DNA of 57,628 nt, filler included, from Streblomastix strix (Eukaryota): NCBI GenBank assembly GCA_008636045.1. It is 3 parts of 3 records of this genome, joined end to end, with 100 filler letters (N's around TTAATTAATTAA, not from the genome) between each part and the next. Parts side by side here need not be neighbours in the genome. Positions count along the whole stretch, not along the records: positions 1 to 19,168 come from SNRW01000541.1; positions 19,269 to 38,403 come from SNRW01000542.1; 1 more part is not named here. One strand, 5' to 3'. Below are positions 13,828 through 26,999 of the stretch, in pieces. The notes beneath the pieces were generated by a model. The model was not told where the DNA came from. It searched no databases and saw nothing but the letters and a program-made list of their open reading frames with translations. Each line of letters begins with the position of its first letter. The first letter of the stretch is position 1. A program made the translations under genes and the position numbers.

Positions 13828-16800
13828 TGGCAGATATTCGATTAACTTAAAAGATTCCAGTAAGAAGATCTCAAACTTATACTTCAAGAAAGATGTATAA
13901 TTATTTTTTTAATAATTTTTAATAATTTTCATATTATAATATTTAATTTGTTTATTTGTATTAAATTATATTATTAATTATTGTTATTATGTTTGTTTTT
14001 CAAAATAATTACATGATTAAATTCAATAGATAATAGTTTGTCGATTGATTAATAGGGTTATCGAATCACCTGTGCTAGCGAAAGTATATATTACTTTTTG
14101 TTGTTTTTGGTGATAATTATTTTATATTATTTTAATAATTTTAGTCAATATTCCTGATTGTGTTCCACAACAACGAAGAAGAAGATAACATTGATTTTGT
14201 TGATCACATCAATGTCTATAAAGAAGTTTATTGTCTTTGTACTTCTGTTCAACCTCATAGGTTTGTATTATATATTTATTTGTTTTGATTAACAATTATT
14301 AAATATATTAAATTTATATTTTGCCACTAACTTCTAGTATAGATTGCCTACTTGTTTTATTGATTGGTGGAGAATGGCTTCTTCTTCAATGGAACAAAAC
14401 ATGATTTTTCCTACTTGCGTCTGGGTCACTTCTGAAAGATATCCAACCATTGATGATACCACCCGAACAACACCGTTTTCGCTTTGATCCAGTGCGTTAT
14501 ATAACTCAAACCGATTAAAATATTATTTTTTGTTTATTTATACTTTCAATTTATATATGCAGACATTTTAATGGGCAGTTTCTGTTTTCCCAATTACAGA
14601 CAATTCTCCTCGTTTCTTCATTCGATCTGCATCACAAACTTCTTTTCAGTTATCAAAAACAACAGGTAATCTGCTCTGAAACTATTTCTTGGGAAGTTTG
14701 GATTTTTTGATGCAAATAATAAAGAAGGATTTAAGAAAGAGAATGTTAAGAAAATTAATATTAAGAATATGATAAAGATAGTATTATCAGCAGTGAAAAT
14801 GGATGCACAAATACTCAAAGATCGCAAAATTCCGTTTTATAAAATTTTAATTCAAATACATCACTAATCAATCAATCAAAATCTAATTTATTTCATGAAG
14901 CGACCAATCAACTTCATAAACACTTAACTTCGCAAGTCTTTTAAAGTTAATTTATTCATCATCGCATTTCCTAGCAAAATCAAACACAAATAAAAGTTGA
15001 AATAATTGAATTAAAACAAGATCTCGAGTGAATATGAATTTCAAGTTTTTTGCACATCTAGCACAGAAAGTAATGATAATGTTGAAGATTTGAACTTAAC
15101 TCTTGATTAGTAATAAATGAATGATAATTCAAAATCCTTTGACTCCTAAAATTAAATATAAGAAATTAGCTCTGAATAATTACTTAATTAACCAATTTCT
15201 TACTTTCATTCATTTATGGTTATCACATCTTTTGGAGTTTGTCTCTTCACTTCACATCTTACATAACTAAACTTCATCTTCTCAATTTCATTCATTTAAC
15301 CAACAATGTGCTTTCTATAATATTGTGGATAAGAATTAGACATAAAACATTAAAAATTATAAAATCTGTTGATAAACTATCTATTTGCTTCTGGTAATTC
15401 TCTTGTTATCATAGCAAACGGAGAAGTGCAAAGTCGCACTTACCTCTTCAAATGGTTTAATGAACTCGCAATGACTAATGGAGCAAATTGGTTTATATTT
15501 TCCAACTAAAACAAATCCTGCAATTAATAATCATCACAATTGGAAAAAGTAACTTCATAATAAAGTTTTGATTATGAAATTTATTTATCAAGTTCAGAAT
15601 TATTGGATTATATAAAATACAATAGTGATTTGAACAATATTCAATTGAAGGTTGGATTATCAATATTATTCATTATATCTGCGTCAAACTCATCATTAAT
15701 TGTTGATATGAGCACGGGTTCTTTTTACGAATTTCCAGTCAAAGAAACAAAGTTGAAAGAACTTGGAGAAGGATAACCAGAAGATTTTTAGTGCTTTCCA
15801 ATGTCAATTAACGCTGTTGTTCCTATTCCCTACTATTCGTTTTCACATCATCATTCGATTGAAGACAGATTTGTACTTGGAGTTGGTAATGGTCGTTCTG
15901 GAGCATTACATAATGTAGGACTTGGTCGTAGTTTGAAAAAAATAATGCAAGGAAAATGATATGAAGAATTGCCTACACTATTCACATCTCGCGCATATGC
16001 TGGTTCACCGCTTCATTCATTATTGTTGGTAGAAGGGAGGAAAACTATTGAAATCAATATTCAACATTCAGAGTAAAATAAAGATAAAAATAAAAATCAA
16101 ATATCGAAAACAAGTAGTATTTATATCTAAATAAATATTCTAGTTTATTTAAAAATGGAGGAAATTTACGTAATACTTATTATTCATCAATTACTACTCT
16201 TCACGAAGATATAGTTGAACCTGTAGATTCTAAAGATATCGGAATTGACAATTTGATGAAAACATTAGTTCTTTTGAAGTGCATATGGAGCAGTTGTTCA
16301 TGCTACCACATCAGATGTACATGTAATTCCAACATTTCGCTTCAATATACGCTTATCAAATCAAGATGAATAATCATAATAATAATGATCAAATTCTTTA
16401 TCAATAACCACTTGTCCATAATTTTAATAATAAACACCAATAAATATTTACTAAAAATGATTAATAATTCGATCTGAATTTATTAAATATAATGTCTAAC
16501 ACGCGATATTACGGTCAGCTCCTTCATTACTTTTAGAAGTACTTTGCTGATAATGTATATCAGAATTTCAACAAAAACACTCAAATTTAAACTCTTAAAA
16601 TCCCATATTTTATAATCATTACAGATTTCAACATTTAATTAATCTAGATAATCATAATAATTAGCATTTGAATGCGAATGTATTTCAGATAATATAATTG
16701 CAGTGTAATATAAATGTGTAGTTTTTGTTCTTGTTTGGAATCTTTCAAGTCATTAAATTCCAGCAGCATTACATCCAATATCAGCACTTTGCATATCCTT

Positions 16801-17040
16801 CACCAATCAAGACTCTTACATCATATTAAATCTTCAATAGATCATTTCTTGTTGTTGGATACGAATAACCATCATCTGTATTCTTATTTCGTTTAGATAC
16901 TCCACAAATTGCTCAATAAACGATAAATAATCACAATAAACATTGGAATGAAGGAGGAAAACTACTTAATGAACATAAATAATTCTTTATATAAATATTT
17001 ATTCTTTTTGAGAAAGATAATGAGAATCGGTTTACCTTTT
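13828..17040 (+). pseudogene. N-terminal half of a DDB1/RSE1/CPSF1 (MMS1_N-like) beta-propeller gene, intron-containing, disrupted and ending at a Pogo element
   Basis: ATG 13828 (MADIRLTQKIPV) and several short GT-AG introns. Peptides DHINVYKEVYCL, IDCLLVLLIGGEWLLLQW, DRFVLGVGNGRSGALHNVGLG..ELPTLFT and ISALCI..FLVVGYEQPSSVFLFRL resemble DDB1/SF3B3 BPA/BPB motifs. In-frame TGAs near 14402 and 15957. Confidence 0.55.
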
Positions 17041-17084
17041 TTGTTAATTTATAATTGTTATATGAATTTTTTATTGAAATTGGA

Positions 17085-19168
17085 TCAGAGATAATTTTCA
17101 GATGAATCATGAATTGAATTTAAGTTACTCTTCACTATGCTGTCATCATCAGAGCCTTATACACTATCGCATTATCTTGATCTTCTTCTTTTTCTCTTTT
17201 TTATTTGCGGAATAGAAATATCAGTCATTGAACTTATTGTGGAATCTGAACATAGATAAGATTCATCTGTCTCTGTATCTGGAATAACACTTTCTTCTGA
17301 ATAAAACAGCTCCTCAAAATCATCCTGTGATGAGCTCTCATCTGTTTTCAATCTGTTCTAAACTAATATGTCGTTATTGATCTCTTTCTCTTTCTCCTTC
17401 TCAATGAAGGTATCAATTTCATCATCTGAATTTATTTATAAAATCTTATTTTTATTCATTTATTCATTATTTTTCATATTTTAATTATTTATTATTTATT
17501 CATTATTATTAATAAATTCTCCATCTGAATTTAAGCGAATACGTCTCATTCCTAAACAAACACAATCATCACTTCTTAATGCCATTTATTCTTTAAGAGG
17601 CTTTTCTAAAGAGTTTGGAAAGTGCAATTTTGGAGGTCTGCCTCTGCGTTTCTTCTAGTTAGACTTAGATATTAATGTAGATTATTAAGATGATGATTGA
17701 AATGATTGTGAAGTTTAAATTAATGTAGCAGTTGAAGTGAATTATTATGATGAAGATGAATGAATAGTTTATGGATTTTATGAAGATGAATGAATAGTTT
17801 ATGGATTTTATGAAGATGAAGATTATAATATCAATTATTATTTAGAATTGAGAGTGGAATCATTTTATGATTATGTGTTTATATCTTTTTTATTTGTTCT
17901 TTTTTAACTTAATATATTCTTTTTCAATGTTTATTTATTTCTTTTCTATTAATGTTTATTATTCTTTTTTTCTTTTCTAATTTCTTCCCTTATTATTTTC
18001 TTTGCAAGTTTTTCTTCTGCTTTCATGCATCTTTATTCTTCTTGCCGATTTTTCTTCACTTTCAGATATTATTCATATTGAGCAAGAGTAGCATCACTAG
18101 TTAAAATTTTTCCACTAATTGGAAATCCTGTTCTTCTTGTAATTAATGTAGCTGCTTCTCTAAGTTGTTCAGTTAAAGCTGGCTTCACAGGAAGATTTGC
18201 TAGAAGATTGTCTTACTCTCCTTTAAGTACTCCACATTCATGAAATGATCAGACTATACATCCTCTATCTAATGCTGCATTTATTGCATCAACAAGTGCT
18301 TGTACAAGTGCTTCACGAATATCTTTAATTTTCGGAGAACCATGTGAGTTAAATTTATGATTTAATACTCTTTTCAAAGATGCGTTTGGATACTGATCTA
18401 AAGGTTAACACCTGGCAGTGGAATGGGATACAAATGTAATGACATCAATGTGAGACCTTTTACTAATTGCATTCCAATTTGGAATGTCATTTCTTGAAGC
18501 ATGCGAGTCTAATAGAATTAATGCACGTGAATCTACTGGTAGCTACAATTTCTTTCTTAGATCTATAATATCTTGTTCCCACACAGGAAGAATCTTGTTC
18601 ACAAACATATCTTTTGTAACCCATCCAACTCCTTCACAAATGATTTAGATATTATGTGCCAAGAGTTCTTTTAATTCTGGAGGAACTGTCATAGAAGGCC
18701 AAATGAGAAATGTGGTGAGATGACTGCCTATGGATGATACGCATGGAAGTATTGTCGCATTAGGCATTCTTGGATGACCAGGAATAGGTGAAGGAAAATA
18801 TCCTTCTATATAATATATTAGTTTTCTCAAATTAGATGCTAATCAAATAGGAGTTTCATCTGGATTAAATATCAGAGCTGTTTCATAATTATTATCTTGG
18901 TGGAGTTTTTATAGAGCATCAGACTGTGGTTTAATTGCTTCTTAACACTCAGCATTTATTCGTTTTAGTTCTCTCATCTACATTATTTTTGTTTTTAATC
19001 TTTTTTATCTATTTCGAAAGTTATAACCAAAGAATCTTGACATTTCAATTTCAATATCTGCATTTACTGCATTTTTATTTTCTAGCTTAATTTTATTAAT
19101 CAAAATATCTTTACACATTCTATTTATATCATCTGTGCCAAGATTAGCTCCTGCATTATTTTCCTCCT
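17085..19168 (-). mobile_element. Pogo/Fot1-type DDE_1 transposase (5' end lost in the gap; two in-frame TGAs)
   Basis: IFNPDETPI, GWVTKDMF, ALILLDSHASR and FVSHSTARCQPLDQYPNASLK (the Q of QPLD is TAA). The C-terminal tail has an AT-hook (KKRRGRPPK). Stop TGA at 17087-17085. Confidence 0.88.
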
Positions 19169-19268
19169 NNNNNNNNNNNNNNNNNNNNNNNNNNNNNNNN
19201 NNNNNNNNNNNNTTAATTAATTAANNNNNNNNNNNNNNNNNNNNNNNNNNNNNNNNNNNNNNNNNNNN
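19169..19268. other. Assembly gap with artificial TTAATTAATTAA spacer
   Basis: 44 N, then TTAATTAATTAA (19213-19224), then 44 N. The layout is identical at 38404-38503. Confidence 0.95.
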
Positions 19269-19469
19269 TAAAAAGATAGAAATTTCAATTTGGCATATTG
19301 AGTTTATATTCAAATATCAAAAATAATTAAAAAGAATAAGATTAAAAAGATAGAAATTTCAATTTGGTATATTGAGTTTATATTCAAATATCAAAAATAA
19401 TTAAAAAGAATAAGATTAAAAAGATAGAAATTTCAATTTGGCATATTGAGTTTATATTCAAATATTAAA

Positions 19470-19516
<47 letters not shown>
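19269..19516. repeat. 74-bp tandem repeat (about 2.7 copies) followed by an (AAT)n microsatellite
   Basis: The unit TAAAAAGATAGAAATTTCAATTTGG… starts at 19269, 19343 and 19417. The AAT run spans about 19472-19515. Confidence 0.9.
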
Positions 19517-19572
19517 GATTTAAAAGATAGTTATTTAAAATCGAAATAAAAAGCTTATATTCAAAATATTAT

Positions 19573-22500
19573 TCATTTTTTATTTTGAGGATTTTGAATA
19601 GGAAAGATAGATTAAGATGATAAAGAATATGAAGAAGTACATTACGAAAATGGAGATGAACTAGAAGAAGATTTTTTATTATTATTTATAAGTGAAAGTA
19701 ATTCTTAGGCATTGGATTTAATTTATTATTTTTTATCTTCATTCCATTTATTATATCCATCATTTCCCAATTCATTAACATATTTATCATTTGTTAATTT
19801 TTCAACTTTTTCTTTAATAAATGAAGCAACTCTTAATTTGTTAATATTTGATCCATATTTAAGAATAAAAAGTGAGAAAATAAGATATTCAAGAGTATTA
19901 TAACCATATTCGAAGAGTTTCATTTCAAATTAATTAGCAAGAATTGCATCATGATTATCTTTATATTTATTAGAATAAATAATAAATAATAGAAATAATA
20001 AACATTTATATTAATATAAATATATTCAATAAGAAAAAATATACCCGCACATTCAGCGAGGAATGAAAGTTCATAAAAATTAATTGATTTATAATGTTCT
20101 GTTGATTTGAGCTATTCAATAACATTATTCATGATTTCTGGTGGAAGAGGAAGAGATTTGAATAAATAAGAAAGTGTTTATGCAATTTATTCATGAATAT
20201 CTTTATCTTTTTCATATTTGAATATTTCAATTAATTTTGGAATTGTTCCATTTGATTACAATTATTAATGAAATGGATGTTATTATCCTTCTTTTAATCC
20301 ATTAATTTATTCTATAATTAAATTATATATTAATTAAATTAAATCTTTTCTAATATTATTATCTTTATAATCTTATAATTAAGAGATTAATTATGAAATT
20401 AAATTTATATTATTCTTATCTTTAATTGTCTATATAATTATTGGAAGTAATTCTTTGGATTTGGATTTAATTTATTATTTTTTATCTTGATTCCAATTGG
20501 GCCATTATTCATTTCCCAATTCATCAACATATTTATCATTTGTTAATTTTTCAACTTTTTCTTTAATAAATGAAGCAACTCTAAATTAATTAATATTTGA
20601 CCCATATTTAAGAATAGAAAGTGAGATATTAAGAAATTCAAGAGTATATTTATCATCTTTGAAGAGTTTCAGTCTAAATTCATTAGCAAGAATTACATAA
20701 TGATTGTCTAAATGTATATATTAAATAATTAATAAATAAATAATAAAATAAATAATAAAATAAATAATAAACATTTATATTAATATAAATTTAATTTAAA
20801 ATAAATAATAAACATTTAAATTAATATTATAAATATATTAATATAAATATTTTTAATAATAAATAATTTCTATACCAGGACATTCAGCAAGAAGCGAAAG
20901 TTCAATAAAAACAGGTGGATGTTAATTTTTGAGTTCTTCAATAACATTATTCATGATTTCTGGTGGAAGAGGAAGAGATTTGAATAAATAAGCTAATATT
21001 TTTGCAATAAATTCTTGAATATCTTCATCTTTTTCATCTTTGAATATTTGAATTAATTTTGGAATTGTTCCATCTGATTGGAATTATTAATGAAATGGAT
21101 GTTATTATCTTTCTTTCAATCCACTTATTTAAACTTTGATAGAATTTAATATTACTTTACATAAATATTATTTATGATCTTTATCTTTAGAATCTTATAT
21201 CTATGTAATTAATTAAGAAATTAAATTTACATTATTCTTATCATTTATTACTAATATTATAATTGGATATAATTCTTTGGATTTCGATTTAATTTCTTAT
21301 TTTTTATCTGAATTCCATTTAATATTCCTTTCATTTCCCAATTCATCAACATATTTATCATTTGTTAATTTTTCAACTTTTTCTTTAATAAATGAAGCAA
21401 CTCTTAATTTGTTAATATTAGATCCATATTTAAGAATCGGAAGTGAGATATTAATATATTCAAGAGAATATTTATCATCTTTGAAGAGTTTCATTTCATA
21501 TTAATGAGAAAGAATTGCTTCGTGATTATCTTTATAAACAATATAATAATATTAAATAATATAATAATATTAAATATTTTTACTTAAATTAATTTAAAAA
21601 TATTCAATAATAAATAAATTATATACCAGGACATTCAGCGAGGAATGAAAGTTCATCAAAATCAGGAGAATCAGAACGAGGTGTATGATATAAAAGTTCT
21701 TCAATATCAGTAGGAAAACGATATTTGAGTTCATCTATAATATTATCTCTGATTTCTGGTGGAAAAGGAAGAGATTTGAATAAACATGCAAGTATTAATT
21801 AAATATAATTATGAATATCTTCTTAATTATAATCTTAGAATATTTAAATTAATTTTGGAATTGTTCCATCTGCTTATAATTATTAATGAAATGGATGTTA
21901 TTATTATTATTCTAATCCAACTAAGTTTGCTTTGATAAAATTATATATTATTTCAATTGATTTCTATCTAACGTCTTTATTTTCAGAATCTTATATTTAA
22001 TTAACAAATTAAAATATTGCACTTAAATTATTTTTATCATTAATTATTGTTATTATTATTTAAAATAATTCTTTGGATTTGGATTTAATTTATTATTTTT
22101 TATCTTGATTCCAATTGGGCCATTATTCATTTCCCAATTCATCAACATATTTATCATTTGTTAATTTTTCAACTTTTTCTTTAATAAATGAAGCAACTCT
22201 TAATTTGTTAATATTTGATCCATATTTAAGAATATAAATTGAGAGATTAAGATATTCAAGAGTATATTTATCATCTTCGAAGAGTTCCATTTCAAATTAA
22301 TTAGCAAGAATTGCATCGTGGTTGTCTTAATATAAATTATATATTAAAATAAATAAAAATAATTTATAAATTAATTTAAATATATTTAATAATAAATAAA
22401 TTATATACCAGGACATTCAGCGAGGAATGAAAGTTCATAAAAATCAATAGATTTATGATAATCTTTGTATTTGAATATTTCAATAACATTATTTCTAATT

Positions 22501-25500
22501 TTTCGTGGAAGAGGAAGAGATTTGAATAAATAAGAAAGTGTATATGCAATTTATTTATGAATTTATTTATCTTTTTCATCTTTGAATATTTAAATTAATT
22601 TTGGAATTGTTCCATCAAATTATAATTATTAGTGAAATGGATGTTATTATTATTCTTTTAGTTCATCTAATCCAGCTTTGGCTATATTTAAAATTATCTA
22701 TATTAAATATTATATTTAATTTTTATCTTAAGAATTTAATAACTTTTTAACTAATTGTGAAATTAAATTAGCATTGTTCTTATCACCATTTATTATTCTA
22801 CTTACTTCAGAATTGTCTTTAATTAATAATTCAATAATTTCCCCAATAATAATTATTTTTCCTTCTCCATCAGAATCTTATATTGATTTTTCTATTATTT
22901 CAATTATTCTTATTATTAATCTTGCTTTAATCAATTAAATTAATTCTTCTTCATTTCTTCTTTCAACAACTCTTCTTATTCTTATTAATTCTTTCATTGT
23001 ATTTGGATCTGAATACGAACTAAGAAGTTATTTAGTTTAATCTTGATAATTAATATCTTTATTAAATTCATCATTATCTTTTAATTTATTGAGTGTTTCT
23101 TTTGATATTGAATTTTGAGTTAATTATTATGTTTATTAAGATCCAAATAAGAAAAGATTAATAATAAGGAGAAGAGAATATTTGATAATCCACTTATCAA
23201 TATTTTTTCCTTCTAACTTTTTCCTATAAAATATTTAAAGTTAAATAAAAAAATAACATATAATTAATTAAAATTATTTTATTAGATAATTATTCTTAAT
23301 ATTTCATACCTTAATTATTCAGTAGAAAATTAAATTACATTTCCAGCAATAATTAATTCATGATTATCTAATTATTAATAAGAAAATAAAGATTGGTTAA
23401 AATAGTAATTATTAAAAAAAAAATTATTTATTTTTAAACCTTAATTAATTGCAATGTATGAGAGTTATTTTATTGAATGATATATTGAATTATCCTCACT
23501 AAAAATTGATTTTGTTTACTCACAAAGTTATTTGATTATTTATTCTTATTATTTTTTAGTTTTGAATTTTATTCCTTCAGGATAAATAAGATCAAGAAGT
23601 TCACAAGCATATTTCTTATTTTCAATATGAACTTATTCCTTCATTAATATTTCCTCTATTAGTATTTAAATTATTTATTATTATTCTAATTAAACTTAAA
23701 AAGGATAAGGAAGAGAAAGAAGTTGTTATAAATTAAAATATTATTGTTATGATAATGATTATGTGGTAAATTTCCATCCTTTATTAATTATGTGGATTAA
23801 TGATTTAAGGCAATCTCCTTCAGTATTGCCATTAATGACTTCATTACTGAGTAAAGTAATGGGAATTTGAAATATTCCATTCTCAAATATTCTACGAACT
23901 TATTATGATGAACCATCTTTTGCGATTAATCCAATTAAGTTCATAAAATAAACTGATATTTATTCTGATGTTGAAATTTTAACAATAATTATTGCTTCAT
24001 TAACAATTGTGGAGAGAAATGAAATTTATAATTTATTATCTTTTTTAAAATAATTGGATAAGATTTCTGAAACATTATTTAATATCTCATCTGCTAATTA
24101 AATTATTTTGTTTGAAATTTTAGGTGATTTTCCACTTCGAACATGTCTAACTGCTTTTAATCCATTTTCTAATTTAGGAATTTAACTTTATTAAAAATGT
24201 TTTGTTTTTGCAATTGTACGAATTTCTTCATTAATTATTTTTAATTTTTCTAAAGTTAACAGTTAAGCTTTTGCATCATCATCATCTAAATATTAAATTA
24301 TTTCTGAAATTTCATCAATCTGCATTATATCTTTTGCTGAAGGTCTCCTACCAGGATCCTAAATAATATAAAAATATTAAATAAAAATATATGTTAAATG
24401 TGAATAAAATAAGTTCATATTAATATTATAATTCATACAACATCAATCATTCTCATTATTTGTTCTTTCATCTTAATAGGAACCCAATCAGGCAATTATT
24501 CTGATTCTCCTTTTTTAATCTTTTCAATCATTTCCTATTCATTATCAGCAAGAAATGGATGATGAACAGCCAATAATTCAAAAGTAACTACACCAAATGC
24601 ATAAATGTCAGAAAGATACGTCATTCTGATAAATAATGTTACATTTAATAATAAATAATAATGTGTAATTATATATTGTTATATTTTATAATAAATAATA
24701 TTAACATTTTCATACATTTTTTACAACCAGACTTCTGGCGCTAAATAAAATCTGTTTAAAATAAAATATAGTAATTATTTAATAAAGATAAAAAATAATG
24801 GTACTTCGTTCCTGCAACTGTTGCATAATATTTCTCTGTTAATGCTTTGGCAAGACCAAAGTCACCCAATCGAATTGATCCATCATTCATAAGGAATATC
24901 TAATTTATTAAATATCAGAATTAAATATTTTTTTATTAAATTTTAATTTGTTTACATTCTCTGGTTTGATGTCCCTAGATAGTTAATATTGTTTTATATG
25001 AATAAAAATAAATGGGAAAATATATATGAAATATACATTTAAGAAAAGTATATTTGTAAACCGATGAATAACTTTGTTTAAATGCATAAAATCAAGAGCC
25101 TCTGCTATTTAAGCCATGAGATTCCATACGCGCTAATTAAAAAAAATAATATATAATAAATGAAATTTGAAATGAAAATAAGAAAAACACTTCAATTCTT
25201 TCTTTAATAGGAAATTTCTGGAGTTCAGAAATGAATTTTCTTAAATCTCCTCCAGGGCAATATTCCAAGATAAGGCATAAATCCATCCTGTCAGTAAATG
25301 TGCATATTAATTTTACCTATAAATTATTAGGAAGTAATAATAATGAATTAATATTTAAGTAATAAAAATTAAATTTAAATAATAAACTGTGAAGCGTGAA
25401 TTAAGCCGCTTCATTTATTCAGCTTCATCATCAGCAAGCTTCTTATCTTCCTCGTCTGAATAATCCACGCGTTTCATCACATAAAGAACTCCAGTTTTCT

Positions 25501-25642
25501 TATGTTTCACAAGAAATGTCTTCCCCATTGCACCACTTTTGAAGCGTTTTATGATTTCGTCTTATATAAAATTATAAGAAAAAGAAAAATAAAATAAAAA
25601 TTGGAAGAAAAATCGGCACATACAATCTTCAAACTTTGGCAT
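19573..25642 (-). CDS. NEK-like Ser/Thr protein kinase with a helical linker and four tandem C-terminal repeats; many introns
   Basis: After splicing short GT-AG introns (first: 25623-25561): MPKFEDYEIIKRFKSGAMGKTFLV…YVMKRV…ILEYCPGGDL…HRDIKPENIFL…LGDFGLAK…AGTKFYLAPE…SDIYAFGV…DPGRRPSA. Stop TGA at 19575-19573. No disruption seen in the kinase domain. Confidence 0.88.
19700..22660 (-). repeat. Four tandem ~750-820-bp coding repeats, each with an intron at the same site
   Basis: The block CATTTCCCAATTCAT…AATGAAGCAACTCT starts at 19761, 20510, 21332 and 22128. Unit: QHPFHQQL..DGTIPKLIQIF…LFKSLPLP…ELSFLAECP|DNHDAIL…LKYGSNINKLRVASFIKEKVEKLTNDKYV. Introns at 19959-20044, 20708-20875, 21530-21626 and 22326-22408. 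Confidence 0.92.
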
Positions 25643-26999
25643 CCTAAGCAAATTGCTGTTCTACAATAAATATAATATAATACATAATCATTAATAAATA
25701 ATAAGCACAAATATAGAAAAAAATATTAAGAGAAACAATTTAAGTAAATTATGGAAAAATTGAAAATTTTAACTTTGAGTTGAATTTTATATTAGTATAT
25801 ATTTAAACAAAGTAGTATGATGTAGGTCTCTTTAAAAAATAATCAAAATAACGCTATCTATATTGTATCAGGAATGGTGAATTTAAAGAAAAAAAAAATA
25901 AAAAAAGCGCCGTTCAGCGCACAACGATTGTGAGGCAGTGCAAATCGGTGTGCATTTTGTGAAGAAAAATAAAAAATTGGTAAAAATATTGAAGTTTTTC
26001 TGATGATCTAAATTTTACGTCGCTGGGGAGCGAAATATTAAAACCGATGATATCTCGATATATAAGGCGTTTCGAATTGGGATAATTTAATGAAAAATTA
26101 TAATCATCGGCATGCATATAATAAGGTGGTTTTGGATGAGAAATGACGCAGCATAAATTTAACAAATAATTCCAGAATGTGGGCCTGATCAAAAATAAAT
26201 ATCCCAAACTAGCCTTATTTTCATTTGTTATATTTATTTGTTCTTAATTTATTAAATGAAATATTTTTCATGTTTCATTTCTTATATACAAATAATATTT
26301 AAATAATAATCTAAATTATCCATTAAACGCCAACTGCAAAACAGATTCATTCTTCATATTAATAATTATCTAAATTAGTGAGAAGTAAATTAAATGGGCT
26401 TTAATAAATAACAGAAATTGATTTATCATAATCATAAGAGGAATTTCAAAAATAGAATCAAATTCCATTATTGTTTATATTTAAGCATGTTTTTTTGGCC
26501 AAATTTTTTGGCCAAACGTTAGATCTCAGTTAATTGTCGTGGCCAAGTAAATATTATTATTATTTATTATTTTGAACTAAATATAGGATACAAATAAATA
26601 GTGTATTAATAAATTAATAGAGGCTGTAATATTGAAAATAGAGTAAAATTAATTTTCAATTTCCTAAACTTAGGTGTTATATTAATTTTGTAAAGTTCTA
26701 TTTTATTAATATATATAATATTTTTAAATTGAAGCTTCCAGTATAAATTCAATTATTCTATTGATTTTTGAGATAAAATATTTTTTCGATTTTTTAAATT
26801 AATTCATAATTAATTTACATATTCTTTGTTTAATTAATTTATATTTAATAAAAATTTATTTTTTATAAAATAAATTAATTATATATTAAAAATTTTTTCC
26901 TTATGTGCTAATATAATAATTTTATTTCCAATTTTTTAATACAAATTTATTACATAGGTGGTATTTAATTTTTATTCTTTTTTATATTTTATAGAATAA

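Noticed and set aside
19213..19224. TTAATTAATTAA palindrome (also at 38448-38459) as a biological site or piggyBac target
   Set aside because: It is centred in identical 44-N flanks, so it is a scaffolding spacer. Adjacency across these gaps is unproven.
19269..22660. CRISPR-like array
   Set aside because: The repeats are a spacerless 74-bp tandem and long coding modules with introns. The context is eukaryotic and no cas genes were seen.
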